Part shown: positions 19,275 through 24,000 of the stretch, in pieces
Position numbering within the stretch: position 1 is the first letter of the stretch
Layout: the number at the start of each line of letters is the position of its first letter
NCBI GenBank assembly: GCA_036732425.1
Contig: DAINCI010000016.1
Span: 2,599 to 26,598 of the forward strand
Source: Bacillota bacterium
GTDB lineage: Bacteria > Bacillota > Clostridia > Caldicoprobacterales > DTU083
Reading direction: 5' to 3'
Length of the DNA stretch: 24,000 nucleotides
Made by a program: the position numbers and the translations under genes
Notes under the pieces: generated by a model
Databases searched by the model: none
What the model saw: only the letters and a program-made list of their open reading frames with translations
Told to the model about the DNA's origin: nothing

Positions 19275-19310
19275 CCCGCGTAAATCAAGGGTTTACGCGG
19301 GTTTTCTTTT
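19275..19310 (+). terminator. rho-independent terminator of the tRNA transcription unit
   Basis: CCCGCGTAAA / 7-nt loop / TTTACGCGGG is a 10-bp perfect stem, followed by TTTTCTTTT. Confidence 0.8.
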
Positions 19311-19465
19311 GCATTTTCCAGCTTTTCCGTGGTGCCTGTTTCTTGGGCCTTTTTGCCCTCCGGCGCATTGTACTTGATATTTACATCATATACCGTACCT
19401 GGCTTGCCTGTCAGTACGCCGTTGCCGTCGCGGTTATTCTGCACTTTTCTTGCTGATACTGCCAT
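19311..19465 (-). pseudogene. 5' stub of a tyrosine-integrase-like gene (Arm/AP2-type N-terminal DNA-binding region)
   Basis: MAVSARKVQNNRDGNGVLTGKPGTVYDVNIKYNAPEGKKAQ... resembles integrase N-termini of the type xRKxxN..G....Y.V.I.Y....GKK, with SD AAGAAGG. After about 50 codons the frame runs antisense into the tRNA terminator and the tRNA, so the catalytic domain is absent. Confidence 0.4.
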
Positions 19466-19661
19466 AGCTTAACCTTCTTGCGTCGCCGGGGGCTTTGCTG
19501 TTTTCTTTGCTCTTTGAAAAGTTGATTTCTCGCCGTTGCCGACTTTTGTTCTCCCGGCAAGCGTCAATCAATTCGTTGCGTAATGTGTGCTTGCAGTACG
19601 CATTAAATTCACATCTCGTTTGCCATTCAAACCGAGCAGGGTAATCTAACCGCCTAAACAA
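19434..19661 (-). pseudogene. fragment of a small sigma-70-family / Tn916-orf7-like regulator
   Basis: FEWQTRCEFNAYCKHTLRNELIDACRENKSRQRREINFS resembles the N-terminal third of the small ICE sigma factors (F..YCK..L..E..D..RE..R..REvSFS). The rest of the ORF is unrelated sequence running into the integrase stub. Confidence 0.35.
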
Positions 19662-19735
19662 CGGTTTTATTTTATCCTGTAAAGAGTGGTGAAATCATCT
19701 TGGCGCAAAAACAAAGCAACTCGTCCTCCGTGCTA

Positions 19736-20131
19736 TTAATTTTCTTTTATCTTTGCAAGTGCGGCGTCTGGCACGCTGGTTTCTGAAATGACGCTTTGAC
19801 CAAGAACAATCTGATCGCTGGCTTTTATCAACATGAAAGCTCCCGGCTGCGGATATTTTGTGCTATCCTCTCCCCGTACCTCAAAGTAAATTTCTTTTGC
19901 GTCTCCTTTTTCGTTGTACGCCATTAACTTATAGGGCTTTCCCATATCTTGCTCTTTGCCTGTGCTATCATATATGGGTTCTGGTGTAATATCAAAATCC
20001 AAGGGAACCATCGCGTAATAGTCTGTTCCTACATAACGGGCTTCATAATAGTTCTTGCCCCAAATCGTGCCTGCCGCGACTGCCGCCGCTACTACTGCTA
20101 AAACGAGCCACAATAAAGGTTTTTTTCTCAT
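19736..20131 (-). CDS. YxeA/DUF1093-family small membrane-anchored or secreted protein
   Basis: N-terminal hydrophobic anchor MRKKPLLWLVLAVVAAAVAAG, then YVGTDYYAMV...YKLMAYNEKGDAKEIYF...GAFMLIKA, matching the YxeA pattern (Y.G.dYY ... Y.l.gyd.kG.ek.l.f). Starts 2 nt after the permease stop. Confidence 0.72.
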   Translation of the reverse strand: MRKKPLLWLVLAVVAAAVAAGTIWGKNYYEARYVGTDYYAMVPLDFDITPEPIYDSTGKEQDMGKPYKLMAYNEKGDAKEIYFEVRGEDSTKYPQPGAFMLIKASDQIVLGQSVISETSVPDAALAKIKEN

Positions 20132-20133
20132 AA

Positions 20134-20862
20134 TTAAAACTCCATTTCTTTTTTGTTAAAAATGATTATCGCCAGTACGGACGAAATTATAATATACGAG
20201 GCATACTCGATGATTGGCAGGAGGGGAACACCGTCACCAAGCATCCCCGCCATAATCTGGTTTGTAATGCCAGAAATGAGGTGGTCTGAAATATTCAAGT
20301 TCAGCGTATGCACAGCCATTGCGAGCAAATTACCAATTACGCCAAATGCCAATAAAATGTAGGATACAATGGAAAAAGTCGGACGCTGCATGCCATACAC
20401 CATAATGCTCGAAATTCCGATATACGCCAAAGTTGTCAGCAGATATTTCACCGAAACAACATAAACCGCCGCCAGTTGTGCCGTAGTAACCTTATAGCCA
20501 AACCCCATATAAATGGTAGAATGGAAAAGTGGTAATAGCCCAAAGAATGCCGTAACGAAAAATGTAGCAAGGATTATTTTCGCGATTACGATTTTTGATT
20601 TACCCATCCCATAGCCAACCAACGTAATCAGATTTTTGGCATTCAAATCATCGGTATAGATTGCAGAAAACAAAAATCCACCCACCAAAGCCGGAGTAAG
20701 ATAGAAAAGATCACTCGCATCCCCGACAATAGAGTTATCATTAAAACCGCCTGAGCGCACAATTCCAAGCAAAACGTAGCCGAACGCCAGTATTCCCAAA
20801 TATACATACAGGCTCTTTTTATGAAGCACGCGGTAGAGTTCGCCGCAAATTAGTTTAAACAT
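20134..20862 (-). CDS. ABC-2 type permease (BcrB / lantibiotic-immunity-like)
   Basis: I prefer the ATG at 20862 (SD GGAGGGG 6 nt upstream), which overlaps the ATPase stop (ATGTTTAA). About six hydrophobic segments in 242 aa. Confidence 0.8.
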   Translation of the reverse strand: MFKLICGELYRVLHKKSLYVYLGILAFGYVLLGIVRSGGFNDNSIVGDASDLFYLTPALVGGFLFSAIYTDDLNAKNLITLVGYGMGKSKIVIAKIILATFFVTAFFGLLPLFHSTIYMGFGYKVTTAQLAAVYVVSVKYLLTTLAYIGISSIMVYGMQRPTFSIVSYILLAFGVIGNLLAMAVHTLNLNISDHLISGITNQIMAGMLGDGVPLLPIIEYASYIIISSVLAIIIFNKKEMEF

Positions 20863-21751
20863 GCTCTTCCCCTCCAATCAGATGCATAAAATATTCTTCC
20901 AATGTGGTTTCCTGCCGGTGAAGGTCATATAGTTCCACACCGCCGCCTACCAAAGCGCGGGCGACCTCATTAGATTTATCAAGGTGAGCGTTCAAAGCCA
21001 GCCGATTGTTGTTTATCGAGGCAATTTCTATCCCCAACGATTGTAATATCTTCTGTGCCTTTGGCACATGATCCACTTCAATGATAAGGGATTTTTTTGT
21101 TTGTTCATGCAATTCCTGGTGGGATATTTCTTTCAGCAAAACACCCTGTTCAATAAAACCGAAGCGGGTTGCCACCAAGTCAAGCTCAGCTAAAAGGTGG
21201 GACGATATGAGAAATGTTGCGCCCGTCTCATTGTGGGCTTTTTTTATCACCTCACGCATATCTATAATGCCCTGCGGATCAAGACCGTTGATTGGTTCAT
21301 CTAATACAACAATAGGGGGTGAAGTGAGTAATGCACCCGCAATACCAAGGCGTTGTTTCATACCGAGCGAAAAGGCTTTGAAAGGCTTTTTCACATCAGC
21401 AAGCCCAACTATTTTCAACAGCCATTTCACTTTACCTTTTTCGTTTATCCCTTTCACCCGACAAAGATACTCTAAGTTCTCTTTTGCATTCAGATACGGG
21501 AAAAACGATGGCGTAATCATAAATCCCATTTGGCGACGAGCGGTGTTCAGGTTCGCCGTTTCACCATTTATTTCTATGGTTCCTCCCGTGGGTGCTGCCA
21601 ACCCCATAACACATTTGAAAAAGGTGGTTTTTCCTGCTCCATTGCGACCCACAAGTCCGTAAATGTCCCCTTGCCTCACCGCCATAGAAACTGCATTCAG
21701 TGCATAAAACTCACCATATTTTTTTGTTAGTCCATGAGTTTTCAAAATCAT
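20855..21751 (-). CDS. ABC transporter ATP-binding protein (BcrA-like, about 298 aa)
   Basis: True start is MILKTHGLTKKYG at 21751, with SD AAAGGAGA upstream. Walker A GRNGAGKTT, signature FSLGMKQRLGIA, Walker B PPIVVLDEP. Confidence 0.92.
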   Translation of the reverse strand: MILKTHGLTKKYGEFYALNAVSMAVRQGDIYGLVGRNGAGKTTFFKCVMGLAAPTGGTIEINGETANLNTARRQMGFMITPSFFPYLNAKENLEYLCRVKGINEKGKVKWLLKIVGLADVKKPFKAFSLGMKQRLGIAGALLTSPPIVVLDEPINGLDPQGIIDMREVIKKAHNETGATFLISSHLLAELDLVATRFGFIEQGVLLKEISHQELHEQTKKSLIIEVDHVPKAQKILQSLGIEIASINNNRLALNAHLDKSNEVARALVGGGVELYDLHRQETTLEEYFMHLIGGEEHV

Positions 21752-21760
21752 TGATTCATT

Positions 21761-21844
21761 TTTCTCCTTTGCTGTTTTATGGCTCCATGATACTGAAAAA
21801 GGGCGGTTGCCTCCACCAACTATCACGCAATTATCAGTTGACAA
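21761..21844 (-). promoter_or_regulatory. copy A of a duplicated 5' control module (promoter/operator or leader) in front of the ABC operon
   Basis: The core 21775-21844 is near-identical to 23082-23152, with about 5 substitutions and 1 indel by hand alignment. The similarity includes the SD region. It lies 24-93 nt upstream of the ATPase ATG. Confidence 0.7.
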
Positions 21845-21886
21845 GAGTGCTTTTAGACTGAAAATTGAGTTTTTACTGCTTGCCAC

Positions 21887-21932
21887 TATAAAAAGCGGGA
21901 TGCGGCAAGCAATTTATACTCACCGTATCCCG
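21887..21932 (-). terminator. rho-independent terminator after the TraX pseudogene, separating the regulator unit from the ABC operon
   Basis: Minus strand reads GGGAT-A-CGGTGAG, loop TATAAATTG, CTTGCCG-C-ATCCC, about 12 bp in total. It is followed by GCTTTTTAT. Confidence 0.65.
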
Positions 21933-21948
21933 TTATTTCCACCGTTAA

Positions 21949-22684
21949 TTATCCGAAAAATGTTGATATGAGATACAATAGGCCGATATGTACCGGATAG
22001 AAGATATAAAAGAAGTTTTTCATTCCGCGTCCGTGCTCTCCATTATATAATGCCATAGGAATTGTTGCTAAACACACGAGCCACTGAATACTACCAACAG
22101 GATTTCCTATGCAGAGTATTACTGACAACAAAAGCAATATTATAATCTGAACAAACCTGTGCTTTCTAGAAATGTAGTATAACAAGCCTAATATAACAAA
22201 AATGTAGGTACCTTTCACCGACATTATATTTGGTATGAACATTCCAATTCACGCAAGAAGTTGCGGTACAAAAGGCGATACATTCTCATTGGAAGCAAGC
22301 ACACCAGCAGCAAGAAGCGGGATTGCAGATAAAATCGGTATTAACCCCAATAATATGGCTTTCATTATCTTTTGGGGCGATTTATTCTGTATGCCCTCCA
22401 CAAGCTAATCCCAAAACAGCATATACAAGCCTGACACAAAAAAGGTGCTGAACGCATAACGCATTATTCATCAGCACTATATTCTTATTCGGAACCATGC
22501 TCCCTAAAAGAGTTGTGAATATTGTCATGATCCAACTGGCAAAGAGTAGGCGCATCAGGTACTTCTTTTTACTGCGCGTGTAGTGGAAACTTTCAGCGGC
22601 AATGAACAAGAGCATCGGGAAAACCGGTCTGCCAAAGATGTCAAGCCACTCATTACTCACCGTCCTTCTTTGAGACATTTCCAC
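21949..22684 (-). pseudogene. TraX-family membrane protein gene, 5'-truncated and disrupted
   Basis: TraX motifs FGRPVFPMLLFIAAESFHYTRSKKKYLMRL and [27 protein letters not shown] are split over three ORFs. Lesions are a 7-bp tandem duplication (AACGCAT x2, 22451-22464), an in-frame TAG (22405-22407) and an in-frame TGA (22249-22251). About 35 N-terminal codons are missing. Confidence 0.7.
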
Positions 22685-23063
22685 TTTTCTCTTGTTGAGA
22701 ATGGCTATCTGTTTCTCGTATTAGCTCCTCCGCAGATATGCCATAAAGTTTGGCAAGTGCCATGAGGTTAGAGGTACTTGGGTCTGATGTTCCATTTTCC
22801 CACTTTGAAACAGCCTGTCTGCTGACGCCCAATGTCTCCGCGACAAACTCCTGTGTCATTTTGCAACGCATACGATTTTCTCTAAGCACCTGCGACAAGG
22901 ATTTTAAGGTAACTCTCCTTTCCTCCCTGACATCCTTAGAGCGAACATATTTTCTCAATGCTTTAATAATCAGTGTAAATAGATATACCGCTGCAATGGC
23001 TAACACCAAAAAAAATAGTATACTTACGATGAAAGCCACTTGATAAACCCACAAGTCGTACAT
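22653..23063 (-). CDS. membrane-tethered XRE-family HTH transcriptional regulator (N-terminal TM, C-terminal HTH)
   Basis: I prefer the ATG at 23063 (SD AAAAGGAGA). TM helix is VAFIVSILFFLVLAIAAVYLFTLII, followed by a basic stretch. The XRE HTH is MTQEFVAETLGVSRQAVSKWENGTSDPSTSNLMALAKLYGIS. Confidence 0.8.
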   Translation of the reverse strand: MYDLWVYQVAFIVSILFFLVLAIAAVYLFTLIIKALRKYVRSKDVREERRVTLKSLSQVLRENRMRCKMTQEFVAETLGVSRQAVSKWENGTSDPSTSNLMALAKLYGISAEELIRETDSHSQQEKSGNVSKKDGE

Positions 23064-23069
23064 TTTAAT

Positions 23070-23152
23070 TTCTCCTTTTGATTTTATGGCCCTATGATAC
23101 TTGAAAGAGGGCGGTTGCTTCCACCAACTATCACGCAATTATCGGTTGACAA
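23070..23152 (-). promoter_or_regulatory. copy B of the duplicated 5' control module, in front of the XRE regulator gene
   Basis: See copy A. The core 23082-23152 lies 19-89 nt upstream of the regulator ATG. Confidence 0.7.
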
Positions 23153-23242
23153 CGGTATTTTGAGCTTAAATAACAATTACCGCCTTGCTGGATAACTATA
23201 TTTTACCATACTCTAATATTTTTTCTACCATTTTTAACGCCG

Positions 23243-23611
23243 TTGCATAAAAGAGTATTCTCAAATATCCTTGCACTCACCGGACGAACCATTCTGGAAC
23301 ACTTCAAGAAAAACGCGGGTGTAGTTTTTGCAAAAGAACTGGACATTGTCACCGCCGACATGCGCTCGTCTTCCTATGAGGCTGCGCTTACCCGATTTGA
23401 GGCAAGACTCAACTCGCCGCAGCTGTCCGACGTGGTGCGCGGGCTGATCGGCGTCCTTCGCGGGGATGACGGCGCGATTTATTTTCAGATGCTGGCACAT
23501 GATTTCAAATCACTGGAGCTGCAAAGGCTCAAGGGTGACGCGGAGCAGCTCTATGCGCTGGAGGAAGAAACGCAGGGCGGAGCTTTTTCCGAGGGGGTGC
23601 GGATGTGCTGA
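23243..23611 (+). pseudogene. fragment of a type II secretion system F / TadB-TadC-like gene (cytoplasmic T2SS-F domain only)
   Basis: SSYEAALTRFEARLNSPQLSDVVRGLIGVLRGDDGAIYFQMLAHDFKSLELQRLK fits the T2SS-F domain pattern. No flanking TM segments are present. Upstream sequence is the cargo-module promoter region. Confidence 0.5.
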
Positions 23612-24000
23612 AAAAGCTCAAAAGCAAGCGCGGTGAGGGATACATCGATGTGGCGGTGCTGGTGCTCTGCGCCGTGCTGGTCATCGCCCTCGCCGTGAAG
23701 GTGTTCCCTGTGTATATCGCAAAAAATCAGTTGGACACCTTTGCCACTGAGCTGTGCCGGGAAGCGGAAATCAGCGGCAGGGTCGGCAGTGAGACTACCC
23801 AAAGAGCGCAGGTGCTGAAAGAAAAAACGGGGCTTGATCCCGCCATTACATGGTCGAAAACAGGGAAAATCCAGCTTGATCAGGAATTCACGGTGACGGT
23901 ATCCGTACAGAAAAACATCGGTCTCTTTGGAGGCTTCGGCTCCTTTCCTATTACCTTACGGGCGCAGGCCACGGGCAAGAGCGAGGTGTACTGGAAATGA
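23605..24000 (+). CDS. DUF4320-family protein (Tad-like pilus cluster protein of Clostridial conjugative elements)
   Basis: MLKKLKSKRGEGYIDVAVLVLCAVLVIALAVKVFPVYIAKNQLDTFATELCREAEISGRVG... ends in GKSEVYWK. I recall this family as DUF4320. GTG start overlaps the upstream stop, with SD GAGGGGG upstream. Stop at 23998-24000. Confidence 0.72.
   Translation: MLKKLKSKRGEGYIDVAVLVLCAVLVIALAVKVFPVYIAKNQLDTFATELCREAEISGRVGSETTQRAQVLKEKTGLDPAITWSKTGKIQLDQEFTVTVSVQKNIGLFGGFGSFPITLRAQATGKSEVYWK

Noticed and set aside
19196-19310. C-terminal half of the 89-aa minus-strand ORF (..ENPRKPLIYAGLLLAEAVGFEPTSPCGLPHFECGSL)
   Set aside because: This part is simply the antisense translation of the tRNA terminator and the tRNA-Ser gene. 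Only the N-terminal ~50 codons look like real (integrase-derived) coding sequence.
19658-19665. Shared 8-mer ACAACGGT (followed by T-rich sequence) at 19658-19665 and 23149-23156 as possible direct repeats flanking the cargo block
   Set aside because: It is too short to distinguish from chance in 24 kb. The right-hand copy lies inside the duplicated control module rather than at the compositional boundary.
21837-21866. Perfect TTGACA on the plus strand in both module copies (21837-21842 and 23146-23151) as -35 boxes of plus-strand promoters
   Set aside because: The matching -10 positions (AAAATT and AATAAC/TAAATA) are poor and not conserved. In copy A such a transcript would only run antisense into a terminator and the TraX pseudogene. 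I keep it as a possible operator half-site or divergent promoter, not as a called feature.
21752-21886. Upstream extensions of the ABC ATPase ORF (45 aa) and of the XRE ORF (25 aa, 23064-23138) through the duplicated module, as possible conserved leader peptides
   Set aside because: The two copies differ by a 1-nt indel, so the extensions are not in a common frame and the peptides are unrelated. Good SD-plus-ATG pairs lie downstream, and the extensions run through a region better explained as promoter or leader.
22249-22407. In-frame TAG and TGA inside the reconstructed TraX frame as possible pyrrolysine/selenocysteine recoding or programmed read-through
   Set aside because: The same gene also carries a 7-bp frameshifting duplication and lacks its N-terminus. 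There is no SECIS-like hairpin after the TGA, and TraX is not a redox enzyme. Ordinary pseudogene decay is far more likely.

Overview
This window looks like a Clostridia-type (Firmicutes) chromosomal segment. All calls come from reading the sequence and ORF translations by eye; no searches were run. Bases 1-19100 are core genome. They hold the 3' part of tadA, an orphan RelB/DinJ antitoxin, and a two-gene operon of a Gly/Arg-rich TPM-like membrane protein plus PspA/IM30. Next come a MATE exporter, an SGNH hydrolase and a complete phosphate regulon block (pstS-pstC-pstA-pstB-phoU plus a PhoP/PhoR-type two-component pair). That block converges on a complete ten-gene F-type ATP synthase operon on the minus strand (atpZ-like, atpI, atpB, E, F, H, A, G, D, C). 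At about 19.1 kb a promoter drives a 5' half of a tRNA-Ser(CGA) and then an intact tRNA-Ser(CGA). Everything to the right looks like a decayed integrative/conjugative element. It starts with integrase and Tn916-orf7-like sigma gene stubs. A visibly AT-richer cargo block follows: a BcrAB-like ABC ATPase and ABC-2 permease, a YxeA/DUF1093 protein, a multiply disrupted TraX gene and a membrane-tethered XRE regulator. The element ends with a T2SS-F/Tad fragment and a DUF4320 gene. Seven points deserve a second look. (1) The atp operon has a ~190-nt leader containing a terminator, a candidate riboswitch or attenuator. (2) The c subunit carries a Na+-type ion-site signature. (3) atpB appears to start at CTG. 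(4) PstS has its conserved blocks in circularly permuted order. (5) A ~70-85 bp control module is duplicated in front of both the ABC operon and its putative regulator. (6) The tRNA half-gene ends just after the anticodon loop, which looks like an integration scar. (7) An RGG-rich TPM membrane protein is coupled to PspA. I saw no CRISPR array, rRNA or intact transposase.
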